Virus record (IMG/VR): IMGVR_UViG_3300003323_001224
Span: 1-64,000 of that record
From: a virus
Strand: one strand, 5' to 3'
Length of the DNA stretch: 64,000 nt
Shown here: one piece after another, positions 22,501 through 31,704 of the stretch
Layout: the number at the start of each line of letters is the position of its first letter
How positions within the stretch are numbered: position 1 is the first letter of the stretch
Notes under the pieces: model-generated
What the model was told of the DNA's origin: nothing
Database searches by the model: none
The model's input: the letters and a program-made list of their open reading frames with translations, nothing else
Made by a program: the position numbers and the translations under genes

Positions 22501-24660
22501 GGGAAAGAGCAATTCTTTACTGGTAACCGGCCATTTGAAGGCAACCGTGGCTTTATGCACCGGGCCACGCTGGCGGATATGTCAGAGGGGATTAAGCGAG
22601 GTGGTGTACCTGTGTCAACCAATCCTATTACCATGTTTAAAATAGCCTACGCGGATGGCATGAAATACATCACCGCGCAGCGCATGTGGGAAGGTTTGAA
22701 AAAGGATAAGCTCGTAAAATTTGTTCGGCTGGGGCAAGATCCGCCAGAGGGATTTGTTAAGCTCAATGATCGGTTGGCGAATGTGTACTTCCGCACCCCT
22801 GGAGAACAAACATTGCAGTCAGCTCCAGCAGCAAATGCGATGCCGCATAAACCAGGAACAGTAATACCCATACCTGAAGGCCATGCTGTTTATCAAGGGC
22901 AGCTCCATGAAGTTGAATACAAGCCGGGTGTAGGACCTGTGAAAGCTGGTGAATATTGGATCGACAAAGGTGCCGGCAGGCTATTGAATAATTTTCTTTC
23001 GCGTGATCATATTCGAGAAACCCGTATAGGCCGTGGTCTAATGGAGATCAAAAATCTTTATACAGCAGCTGAATTGGGATACAGTGGCTTCCATGCACTA
23101 GCTGAAGGACTGGAAGCGATAGGCTCACAGATCGGCACCGGCATTCGTAAAATGGTTAACCTCGGGGATTTTAAAGGTGGGGTGAAAGACATCATTACGT
23201 CGCCCGCTTCGTTGAAAACAACAGCCTCCTTAGGGGCAAGAGCGATAAAATATGCAACGAGTGAACAATTCAGGCAATCCAAAATGGGACAAGAATTCCT
23301 TCGGAGGATGCCTGACATAGATCAATACATCGATGATATGTTCCAGGGCGGTGGATTATTGAAACAGCATGAGGATTTTCAAGCCAAAACAAAAGAGATT
23401 TTTCAAGAACAGTTTAATAAAAAAAATTATATCGGAGCTGCTGTACGGGCGATTCCCGCTATCAATGATCTGGTAATGAGTCCACTTTTTCAAATTTACA
23501 TTCCACGCCTTAAAGTTGGCATGTTTATGAAAGAATTCCCGCTAAGACTTCAGGAAAATGCCGAAAGATTAGCAAAGGGAGATGTTACCCGGCAGCAGCT
23601 GGCGCGAGAAACAATTGATTTCGTTGATGACCGATTGGGCGAAATGAATTTCGATAACCTTTTTTGGAATAAGACGTTCAAAACTGCTCAACAATTCTTT
23701 TTACGTTCAGTTACGTGGAAATTGGGTTCTATTAGAGCCATAGGTGGGATATTACCAGAGCAATTTCGCGAATTCAAGGCAGCGGCGGATGAGGGGCGGA
23801 AACCCAAATTAATGCCAAAAGCAGCTTGGGCCTTGGGCCTCGTGACGATGCAAGTAGCTTTAGCTACGCTCATTCAACATATGCTTGCGCATAAAGATAT
23901 CGAATCGGGAACAGATCTCGTAGCGCCACAGATCAATCCGGATGATCCTACTGAAAGAACAGTATTGCCGACCTATATTAAAGACTTCCTCCACATCTAT
24001 CATAGCGCCACGTCCAAAGATAAACTTAGCTACATTACCTCATCGACAGCGGGGCAGCTCAGTAAACTGTATGACTTATGGCAGAATAAAGATTTCTATG
24101 GATATGAAATACGGGATGCGAATGCAGGCTTCTTAAAGCAAGCGGAACAATCGCTGTTATATGTAGCCCCTAAACCTTTTTCCGCCTCTTCTACCTACGA
24201 AATGATTAAAAGTGGCGAACCCTGGAGCAAGGCACTTCTCAGTTTTGCTGGTCTACAAAAAGCACCTGGGTGGTTAACCCACACCGATCTTGAAAACAAG
24301 ATCATGGAATTGTACGGCGAAAGAAATGCTGGCACGAAGCCTTATAATGAAAGGGAGGCAAACCAGGTAAAGAAAGAAATTAGGCAATTATTCAAAGAGG
24401 GGGAGAATGATGCGGCTCACGAAAAACTGGATCAGGCAATTAAAGGAGGCATTATCCGTAGGTCACAAGTTAAAAATCTCGTGCAATCTGCTCGCAAGAG
24501 CGGGGACGCCTCTCAATATTTCTTTTCCCGCCTGCCTTTTGACGATAAACGGGCTTTATACGAAGACATGAACGAGGAAGAAAAAAAGATCTACGACCCG
24601 AAAGGCAAACTAAAAGCACAATTGGAACAATTGCAACGCGATAAAGAAAAAGAAGAATGA
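19519..24660 (+). CDS. large ejection/polyvalent virion protein
   Basis: 1713 aa with hydrophobic helices and an acidic linker; LPD38-like C-terminal region. Confidence 0.55.
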   Translation: MAEEEIIASPEEEQQVDDQPQGPGPGPQLPEANQRELANIIRKMQADNIPDDRIKSVVHTYYSKYATAPIEQPNYRQIPREQRRQEGVTPTQQTEQRLDISQDPNAVARRERYGNMRKQAIQEIESPEWQKKIFGGERPALTDYPDMPVQAFQKVNPKALDEYLNTVDLDPANKYWLRNQLLNYGKFRQSQFYVEQRAKAKIDAMPEADRNNEVLVNKAYQQASQEFDKHETDAIANRLNNIGLDDRPLRGSSPFHDQITGANKALMGVMNYAADLGQQVSSILELGHVPGLSDLGYKLKTTADNLKAKNEIPQNGEAGNLLAGEILPMALDMEALRRLTGAAGRPLYRSLAGARASGTLGKFAEGALGGVAVSPVNSYIIAHQYYNDLVKNGEEPGKAATKADQLLGKNLATDMLMTPLQMGLLKIPAGNWIKKALLVAPAEGVVAGTHFTLQDFNQKSTENPAMHIMDYLGNGEWKSPFITGAALGMLQKSAVDAMENWSVNSESRNMFSFGRQYGGDVRRSLPSNETIANNVLAAMEIKDVPRRTNELKELTNTLHEEGIYSKKELDIVDGIIDDVSAVKDKVPKFGSPQQRMAVFNELLNIHSTEKFLAQAGNEAGEKYINEFNKASQARIQRILAGEEPLYFINGNETNKEQLLRALNENPELLESKGVKIDIHNDPTTIKQIEQLKTERDAIQKQSATAPDVRPASDNSEAMGGRNEGERPVDQEAAGEETGEEELNKMPGADKVAEEIDSGKITDDDLLRTIQSSINETQQSLQELPEGAPAEAGGDQTNGGVGQGSETEGAASVLPETGERATPGDQDTGTEPLSSDTGTADEAGVVQEAGMPSAYIPEFYEQDVKPTLKNISENISDAYNLLKRAYDPRAGVSEKALTHIMKALGDRNHVMAIMDAGMRSFEKMFNKMPDQDRIDFIDRMKRGVPQATPELDKVAKLIRGLDDALYSELNKFKANIPWKENHFRVLWKEIPGSKSGKEQFFTGNRPFEGNRGFMHRATLADMSEGIKRGGVPVSTNPITMFKIAYADGMKYITAQRMWEGLKKDKLVKFVRLGQDPPEGFVKLNDRLANVYFRTPGEQTLQSAPAANAMPHKPGTVIPIPEGHAVYQGQLHEVEYKPGVGPVKAGEYWIDKGAGRLLNNFLSRDHIRETRIGRGLMEIKNLYTAAELGYSGFHALAEGLEAIGSQIGTGIRKMVNLGDFKGGVKDIITSPASLKTTASLGARAIKYATSEQFRQSKMGQEFLRRMPDIDQYIDDMFQGGGLLKQHEDFQAKTKEIFQEQFNKKNYIGAAVRAIPAINDLVMSPLFQIYIPRLKVGMFMKEFPLRLQENAERLAKGDVTRQQLARETIDFVDDRLGEMNFDNLFWNKTFKTAQQFFLRSVTWKLGSIRAIGGILPEQFREFKAAADEGRKPKLMPKAAWALGLVTMQVALATLIQHMLAHKDIESGTDLVAPQINPDDPTERTVLPTYIKDFLHIYHSATSKDKLSYITSSTAGQLSKLYDLWQNKDFYGYEIRDANAGFLKQAEQSLLYVAPKPFSASSTYEMIKSGEPWSKALLSFAGLQKAPGWLTHTDLENKIMELYGERNAGTKPYNEREANQVKKEIRQLFKEGENDAAHEKLDQAIKGGIIRRSQVKNLVQSARKSGDASQYFFSRLPFDDKRALYEDMNEEEKKIYDPKGKLKAQLEQLQRDKEKEE

Positions 24661-25250
24661 GCGGATTATATAATAAGAAGTCGTTCGAGCATTGTCAATT
24701 CAACCCAATGCATACAGGGAAGATGCTACAGGCCTTTCCTGTGATTAATGAGATCATATTGCCTGAATGGGTTGATGATATGCTGGATACGATCATACGC
24801 TATACCATCATGGTATATGATCCTAAGAGCCCGTTGACGGTAGGAGAAAGAGATTTAAACTACCGCAAAGGGATCGCCATGGAATTGTTAGAAGTGACAG
24901 ATGAGGAGACCATGCAAGCCTTTTACACTTGCAACTATCCGAACCTTGTTGAATTCACTGTAAAATACCTGATCCGATTTATACGCAGTCGCGAATGGGC
25001 AGCTATCTGCGCATTTGAAGCCAAATATTGGGAGGCCATTAAGTTGATTATGCTACCCATTTCTACTGATAAGTCTGACAAAGAGCAGTTAGAAGCCGCC
25101 AATAAAAAAGATGTCTTATCAGCAAGCATAGATGAAGGGTTAAATAAACTGGACCTCTATTACCGCAGGTTCTTCGGCGACGATGAAGAGATGCTCAATC
25201 GCGCGAAGCGGCGTCTTACACCGGAATTAATGGCCGGAAAAGTTACGTAA
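24657..25250 (+). CDS. hypothetical protein, possible terminase small subunit
   Basis: Directly upstream of TerL. Confidence 0.4.
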   Translation: MSGLYNKKSFEHCQFNPMHTGKMLQAFPVINEIILPEWVDDMLDTIIRYTIMVYDPKSPLTVGERDLNYRKGIAMELLEVTDEETMQAFYTCNYPNLVEFTVKYLIRFIRSREWAAICAFEAKYWEAIKLIMLPISTDKSDKEQLEAANKKDVLSASIDEGLNKLDLYYRRFFGDDEEMLNRAKRRLTPELMAGKVT

Positions 25251-27254
25251 ATGTATTATCCCATTGAGAACGGGACCGTGGAGGTCATACAGGACTATCC
25301 CTGTCAACTGCCCCCTGTTGGCTATGGAAAGAATAGGCTGACGGGCGAAGTGGAATACGTAGGTATTGTAAAGACCGATGCAAAGAAGGAAAAACAAAAA
25401 TGGAAAAGGTTTGAACTGCCGAAGGATTATGAGAAGAAAAAGAAACAGGAAGAGCAGCGCCAAAAGGAAGAACCAGATCATTATAATCCTGACCTGGAAA
25501 AGATCCGGACACAACATTGGAAATACCGCCTCTGCGGTTTTTGGTTATATATAAATGGCATACCGACCTACATTCCGCCGTCCTATTATATGTATCTGCA
25601 ATGGTGCCCGCTGGATATTGGTTACCCGGCTTATCGTGATACGGATAGGAGATTTTTTTATGTATGGGAATATTGCGTGGAAGATCCGCGCTGTGCTGGT
25701 CTGATTGATATTGAACGCCGACGGATGGGAAAAACCTATAAGAGCGGGTCTATATTACTAGACAGAACATCGATAGCCAGCCACCACCACGGCGGTATAC
25801 AAAGCAAGACAGGACAGGATGCCAAGGCGGTCTTTTTAAAGACAGTAGTTCCGTTTTTTAAAAAATACCCTGATTTCTTTCGGCCAGTATTTGATCAATC
25901 CAAGGGTATGTCACCGACCACTGAGCTAAGGTTTTTTCAGACCAGTATTAAAGGCAAACGCGCCAGCGAGATCGTCGATGCGCCTGAATTGGAATCATGG
26001 ATTGATTGGGGAACAGCAGAACCTTTTCATTATGACGGATCGAAGTTGAATACTTATGTGTGCGATGAATTTGGCAAAACCCTTGAATCGAGCGTTGTTG
26101 ACCGTTGGGATGTAGTCCGCTTCTGTTTAGATCAAGATGGAGATTGGTGCGGTAAAGCTCTCTTTACTTCTACAATAGAAGAGATGGAGAACGGCGGGGT
26201 AGATGCGAAAAAATTATGGGAAAATAGCAATCCCGCTGATAGAAATGAGAATGACAGAACCAAAACAGGACTATACAGATTTTTCTTACCTGCATACGAA
26301 ACGACATATTTTGATGAATATGGTATGCCAGAAGTTGAGAGAGCAAAAACTTTCTACCTGAATGAACGGGCGGGCTTGGTGAAGGACCCAAGACAGTTGT
26401 CATCTATCATTAGAAAGAATCCTTTCTCGATTGAAGAGGCATTTCGAATCGATGGAGATACGTGTTTATTCGATGCGATGAAATTAAATGATCAACTGGA
26501 TTTTTTGTCCTGGCGAGAGAACATAACAGAACGTGGAAACTTCGAATGGGAGAATGGAGAACGTTACACAAAAGTGGTTTGGAAGAAAAATGCGAACGGT
26601 AGATTTGAGATGCCTGTCGGTTTTCATTTCGACAATCCAAACGAAGTAAAAAAGATTAATGATCAGTTTATACCCCAGAATAATGTTCGGTTTGTATGCG
26701 GATGCGACCCTTTTAAATATGACCGCGTAAAAGATCAGCGCCGTTCCGATTGCGCGGCATTTGTATTCCAAAAATTCTCCCCAGGAGATGATACGTTTAA
26801 TGATTCGTTTGTTTGTAGATACAAACATAGGGCACCAACCACGGGCATGCAATATGATGATGTCATTAAGATGTGTTGGTATTTCGGCTGTCAGTGCCTT
26901 TTTGAATGCAATATCGATAACTGGAAAGAATATTTTAGGAATGCACATTGTTGGGCATTCCTGATGATCTTACCTGGAGAATCAGATCCGGGTCTTTACG
27001 CCGATGGAGGCGGTAAAACCCATCAGCTAATATGCGACTTGACTGAAGATTATATTGATAAGAATATTAAAAAGGTACTGTTTAAAGCGATGATTGAGGA
27101 TTGGTTGCTGTTTAAGTTGGACAAGACAACCGACTTCGATGAAACCATGGGCGCCGGCTATACATTGATTGCAGCTCGAAAGAAGCTCTACAGAAAAAAT
27201 GGAGATATCCAGCGTGACCTGACAGACTTTTTCAGAATTTATAAAGCAAGTTAA
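25251..27254 (+). CDS. terL: terminase large subunit
   Basis: Walker A RRRMGKT, Walker B YVCDEFGK, nuclease motifs GCDP and FDETMG. Confidence 0.9.
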   Translation: MYYPIENGTVEVIQDYPCQLPPVGYGKNRLTGEVEYVGIVKTDAKKEKQKWKRFELPKDYEKKKKQEEQRQKEEPDHYNPDLEKIRTQHWKYRLCGFWLYINGIPTYIPPSYYMYLQWCPLDIGYPAYRDTDRRFFYVWEYCVEDPRCAGLIDIERRRMGKTYKSGSILLDRTSIASHHHGGIQSKTGQDAKAVFLKTVVPFFKKYPDFFRPVFDQSKGMSPTTELRFFQTSIKGKRASEIVDAPELESWIDWGTAEPFHYDGSKLNTYVCDEFGKTLESSVVDRWDVVRFCLDQDGDWCGKALFTSTIEEMENGGVDAKKLWENSNPADRNENDRTKTGLYRFFLPAYETTYFDEYGMPEVERAKTFYLNERAGLVKDPRQLSSIIRKNPFSIEEAFRIDGDTCLFDAMKLNDQLDFLSWRENITERGNFEWENGERYTKVVWKKNANGRFEMPVGFHFDNPNEVKKINDQFIPQNNVRFVCGCDPFKYDRVKDQRRSDCAAFVFQKFSPGDDTFNDSFVCRYKHRAPTTGMQYDDVIKMCWYFGCQCLFECNIDNWKEYFRNAHCWAFLMILPGESDPGLYADGGGKTHQLICDLTEDYIDKNIKKVLFKAMIEDWLLFKLDKTTDFDETMGAGYTLIAARKKLYRKNGDIQRDLTDFFRIYKAS

Positions 27255-27782
27255 ATGGAACAAGAAGTTTGGAAAGACATCCAGGGCTATGAAGGATATT
27301 ATCAAATTTCGAATCTCGGCAGGTGCAAATCTTTAGCGAAGACTGTTCGTGGTAGGCGTGGCGCACTTGCGGAGAGGATATTAAAGCCACAATTTAATGG
27401 GCATTATTATCACCTCAGATTATCAAAGGATTCAATTTGCATGATGCATCTTTTGCATCGACTAATTGCTACGGCTTTTATCCCTAATCCTAAAAATCTT
27501 CCAGTAGTCAATCATTTAGATGGGGATAAGCTAAATAACAAAGTTTCAAATTTGGAATGGACAACTATTGGTGATAATACGCGGCATGCCATTAATGAGC
27601 TGGGAATTGTCTTGGGTGGTGAAAAACATCATGCAGCTAAGCTGACAGAAAAGAAAGTTAAGAAAATAATAGAGCTGGCAAATACAGGCCTATCCCATAG
27701 CAAAATAGCTAAAATGTTCAGTGTCAGCAGGCCGAATATAAGTTATATCGCTAGGGGTGCGACGTGGAAACATGTAAAATAA
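27255..27782 (+). CDS. NUMOD4-HNH homing endonuclease
   Basis: WKDIQGYEGYYQISNLGR and HRLIA..F..VNHLDGDKLNN..NLEW, plus C-terminal HTH. Confidence 0.9.
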   Translation: MEQEVWKDIQGYEGYYQISNLGRCKSLAKTVRGRRGALAERILKPQFNGHYYHLRLSKDSICMMHLLHRLIATAFIPNPKNLPVVNHLDGDKLNNKVSNLEWTTIGDNTRHAINELGIVLGGEKHHAAKLTEKKVKKIIELANTGLSHSKIAKMFSVSRPNISYIARGATWKHVK

Positions 27783-27790
27783 TTTAAATC

Positions 27791-30136
27791 ATGGAACAAG
27801 AACAATTATTTCAGGCATATCCTTCCCATAACATCGATCCAAGAAAGAAAGATAAAGCATGGGCTATGCAATATCTCAAGGCCGGATGGTATGACTGGAA
27901 TTATACTATACCACGTACCATATTTTACAACTCTGCGGATAAGTACGAGGAACTTCGACTATACGCCAACGGGAAACAACCAATTTCGAAATATAAGAAG
28001 CTTATGGGCGTAGATGAACAGACAAACCAGACATACCTCAATCTGGATTGGTCTGTTCGTCCTTTCATCGCGCAAAAGCGAGATGTTGCTATTAGCAAAA
28101 TGATGCAGCAGGGACATACGATTGTTGCAACACCGATAGATCCTACGGCCAAAGCAGAGCTGGATAAATTCTTTGCGGAAGTTAAGGCCAAGATCGCCAT
28201 GCGGCAGGTATTGGAACAACAGAACCCAGAGTTGGCACAGCATCCCATGCTCCAGCCACAACCTGGTGAGCCTGTCGATTGGGAAGAAATGCAGATGAGG
28301 ATAGATTTTGGTGAGCAATTCAACCGTGCCAAGGATGCGGAAGAAGCCATACAGTTGGGCTTTTATGAGAATAGTCTTGAACAATTCATAAAAAAACTTT
28401 ATGAAGATCTTTTCGATCTCGGTGTGGCCGGTTACAGAGAATGGCTGGGAGATGATAACAAGCCAAAATTCCGAAATGTAAATCCGGAGGCCGTTGTTAC
28501 CAGTATATGCAAGTGGGCCGATTTCAGAGATATGATCCATGCAGGTGAGGCCATTGACGTATCGGTCATCGACTTGGCTGAGTTGGAAGAAGATGGAAAG
28601 CCGGTATTCACGGAAGAGCAGATCCAGAATATCATTAACAACGTCGCAGGGAAATGGAGCAACCCTTCTATGGTTGGCAGGAGCACCAACTATTTCAAGC
28701 CATACGATAAATGGAAGGCAAAAGTCTTGGATATGGAATTCTATTCTTATAATGATTATGATTATAAGATCGGCAAAGATAGCCGTGGCAATACCAGGGT
28801 GAGCAGAGAAGAATACCGGGATAAGCCTTCTGAGAAGACTACGCGCAAAAGGATTAAGGTGGTATATTGTTGCAAATGGGTGATAGGGACCGACTATGCA
28901 TACGATTTCTATCTTAAAGAAGATATGAAACGTTCAGTTGATCCGAAGAAAAAGGCAGAAACGCAGCTCAGCTTCCGTTTTATTGCGACTAACTTTTATG
29001 AAATGCGGGCGCTTGGAATGATGGAAAGGCTTCGACCATTGATTGATGAATATCAGATCGATATTTATAAAGTACAGAACATAGCTAATCGTATTGTACC
29101 CAACGGATGGTGGATAGATTTAGATGCGTTGGAAAATGTGGCGCTCAATAAAGGCGGGGAAAATATGAAGCCAATCGATTTGATACAAATGTTTATGGAG
29201 ACAGGTGTATTGGTGGGGAGATCACAGGGCGTCATGGGCGATAACGTCAACTATAAGCCCATTATCCCCATTCAAAATTCAATAGCCGCCGAGCTGGTAG
29301 CCTACTACCAGAAAATGGAAATCACCATGAACCAGATTCAGGCAATGATAGGCTTGAACGATATTACCGATGCCAGTACTCCAAATCCAAAATTGCTAAA
29401 TGGGGTTGCAACCATGATGGATCAGGGTACTAACAATTCCCTGTATCCAATGATACAAGCCAAAAAGCATCTGATGACCCTGTTAGCTAATGATGTTTTA
29501 ATTCGAATACAACAAGGTCTGCGCAAAGGGGGCGTAGCGGGATATGCTCCGGCATTGAATACGAACACGCTCAAATTTATTCAAGTTTCCGAAACGCTAA
29601 CGCTTCGCGATTACGGTATTATGTTGGAAGAAAAGCCGACAGATGAACAGAAGCAGATGTTGATACAACAAATGCAATTTGATATTCAAAATGGATTCCT
29701 GGATACCAGCGATGTGTTTTACGTTATTAATGTCTATAACATCAAACAGGCACAACAAATATTGGCGTATCGGGCCAAACGGAATAAACAGGCAATTGAG
29801 CAACAGAAGCAAGCCGCGGCAGCACAGACGATACAAGGGCAACAGCAGAGCGCGATGCTATCCGCCCAAGCTGCCCAGCAATTGGAAATGATCAAGCACC
29901 GAAATGCGATGGAATTGCAGCAATTGAAAGGCGTCCAGGCGCTGGATGAAATTCGCTTAAAAATGGGTATGCAGGCGGCCTCAACAACAGAAACGAATCA
30001 AACGAAGGTTGCTACACAAATGATAGCTGCTCAATCACAAGAGAAGATGCAGAAGCGGGACTTGGGCATGCCGGAAGAGGAAGAACCTGGAGAGATTGCC
30101 ATGGAGAGAAATATACCTGAAGAAGAGATGATGTAA
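27791..30136 (+). CDS. portal protein (crAss-like)
   Basis: 781 aa following TerL; LRLYANGKQPISKYK..YLNLDW motif and coiled C-terminus. Confidence 0.8.
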   Translation: MEQEQLFQAYPSHNIDPRKKDKAWAMQYLKAGWYDWNYTIPRTIFYNSADKYEELRLYANGKQPISKYKKLMGVDEQTNQTYLNLDWSVRPFIAQKRDVAISKMMQQGHTIVATPIDPTAKAELDKFFAEVKAKIAMRQVLEQQNPELAQHPMLQPQPGEPVDWEEMQMRIDFGEQFNRAKDAEEAIQLGFYENSLEQFIKKLYEDLFDLGVAGYREWLGDDNKPKFRNVNPEAVVTSICKWADFRDMIHAGEAIDVSVIDLAELEEDGKPVFTEEQIQNIINNVAGKWSNPSMVGRSTNYFKPYDKWKAKVLDMEFYSYNDYDYKIGKDSRGNTRVSREEYRDKPSEKTTRKRIKVVYCCKWVIGTDYAYDFYLKEDMKRSVDPKKKAETQLSFRFIATNFYEMRALGMMERLRPLIDEYQIDIYKVQNIANRIVPNGWWIDLDALENVALNKGGENMKPIDLIQMFMETGVLVGRSQGVMGDNVNYKPIIPIQNSIAAELVAYYQKMEITMNQIQAMIGLNDITDASTPNPKLLNGVATMMDQGTNNSLYPMIQAKKHLMTLLANDVLIRIQQGLRKGGVAGYAPALNTNTLKFIQVSETLTLRDYGIMLEEKPTDEQKQMLIQQMQFDIQNGFLDTSDVFYVINVYNIKQAQQILAYRAKRNKQAIEQQKQAAAAQTIQGQQQSAMLSAQAAQQLEMIKHRNAMELQQLKGVQALDEIRLKMGMQAASTTETNQTKVATQMIAAQSQEKMQKRDLGMPEEEEPGEIAMERNIPEEEMM

Positions 30137-30146
30137 TGTGGAAACG

Positions 30147-30216
30147 AGTGTCGATTTCGGTCAGATTTAAATCGAAAAATTACCGATAGCTTCCATGGTG
30201 CTTAATAATTTTGAAG
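30147..30216 (+). promoter_or_regulatory. putative late promoter, copy 2
   Basis: AGTGTCGATTTCGGTCAGATTT, then TAATTTTG (TAnnTTTG) starting 59 nt after the motif start, then ATG 3 nt later. Confidence 0.55.
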
Positions 30217-30543
30217 ATGCCAGAATACTATAAAAAAGTAGTCTGTAAGCAATTCACGCTCACGCCTGCCGAAAAAGAGGCTATTGATACTGGATGTACC
30301 ATCTACTTTGAAGGACAGCCCGTGAAGCAATCCGGGGGCGGTAGATACCACATATTATTACCTCTTGAAGACCGGTTATACCCCGTGCATGAGACCGACT
30401 GGATAATTAAGCATCCTGCGGTCGAGATTAAAAGAGACCACGAGTTTCGCGCTCAATATATAGAAGTAGAAGCGTTTGATCCTATTGCCACACAACAGAA
30501 GCTAGAGGCTTTCATGCGCGATAAAAACCAACAATCATTATGA
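30217..30543 (+). CDS. hypothetical protein
   Basis: ORF coupled to the scaffold gene; ATG at 30217. Confidence 0.5.
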   Translation: MPEYYKKVVCKQFTLTPAEKEAIDTGCTIYFEGQPVKQSGGGRYHILLPLEDRLYPVHETDWIIKHPAVEIKRDHEFRAQYIEVEAFDPIATQQKLEAFMRDKNQQSL

Positions 30544-31664
30544 ATAAGTTTTTTGCCGATGAGGCGACTCCCGCAGGGGGTGGTGCGGCGCTTGATATCG
30601 CAGCGGCGCTTGCTAAGAATGGGGTTATGACAACAGAAGATACTGCACCTGAGATCCCCAATATCGTGATCAGTACACATAAAGAAGAAAAACTTGCGGA
30701 CGCTGAACCGGCTAAATCTGAACCAGCTCCAGCACCAGCTCCGCAGGAAACTACAATAGAAAAGCCTGTCGAAAGTGCCGCCCCTGAAACAGTACCAGCG
30801 GTAAGTGATTGGCGAGAAGAATTAAAAAGGGCCGAAAAGGCGGAAATCCTTAAAGAACTTGGGTTCGATGAAAGAATGATTGGTTTTTATAACACCTGGG
30901 CAACCGGTGGGGATGTCGGGAATTACCTCAAAGCCGTTTCGATCGACTATACAAAAATGACCCCCGAACAGCTGTTGAAACAACAATTGTTTGAAAGCTA
31001 TCCTGAATTTTCGGCAGAAGATCTTGAAGAGCTTTTTAGGGCAAAAGTGGTAGATCAGTATAAGCTTGACCCGGAAGTTTATTCCGAACAAGAGGTAAGA
31101 AGAGGCAAATTGCTATTGCAAGCAGATGCAAAAGCAATTCGCGAAAGTATGATTGAAAAACAAAAACAATACATACTTAGTGCAAAGCCTCCCCAGATGC
31201 CGGATTATCGTAAAGAGGCAGAAGAGCAGGCAAAGGCGCGGGATGAGGCCAATATGAAAGTGCTAGAAGAATACAAAGCAGCACTCAATAACCATCCTGC
31301 CACAAAAGAGTTGGTAAATAATAAGCGGTTGGTAATAGGACAAGGCGAAGATACCTTTAACTATGAGGTATCTGATCCAGGTAAAGCACTCGCAGTACTC
31401 CAAGATCCACGCTTATGGGCACAAAGCATTTGGAACGCAGATGGGACTCCTAATATAGAGCGACAACTTTTTTTAGCTGCTGCTGTACTCGATCATGAAG
31501 CCGTTGCGCGGGAGATTTTTAAAGCCGGAAAGGCGATAGGAGCCAAACAAGTCATCGAACCCATTGAGAATGCGAAAAAGATGGAAAACCCATCAACTAC
31601 GAGCGGGCCTGCCCTAACACCTGCGCAGGCGCTGGCAAAAAATGGCGTTCTCACTCACGGATAA
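30540..31664 (+). CDS. capsid scaffolding protein
   Basis: Acidic, Pro-rich and helical; directly upstream of the major capsid gene. Confidence 0.6.
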   Translation: MNKFFADEATPAGGGAALDIAAALAKNGVMTTEDTAPEIPNIVISTHKEEKLADAEPAKSEPAPAPAPQETTIEKPVESAAPETVPAVSDWREELKRAEKAEILKELGFDERMIGFYNTWATGGDVGNYLKAVSIDYTKMTPEQLLKQQLFESYPEFSAEDLEELFRAKVVDQYKLDPEVYSEQEVRRGKLLLQADAKAIRESMIEKQKQYILSAKPPQMPDYRKEAEEQAKARDEANMKVLEEYKAALNNHPATKELVNNKRLVIGQGEDTFNYEVSDPGKALAVLQDPRLWAQSIWNADGTPNIERQLFLAAAVLDHEAVAREIFKAGKAIGAKQVIEPIENAKKMENPSTTSGPALTPAQALAKNGVLTHG

Positions 31665-31704
31665 GTCTGGCCCAATACCATTAATATATTAAACTCTACC
31701 AGAC

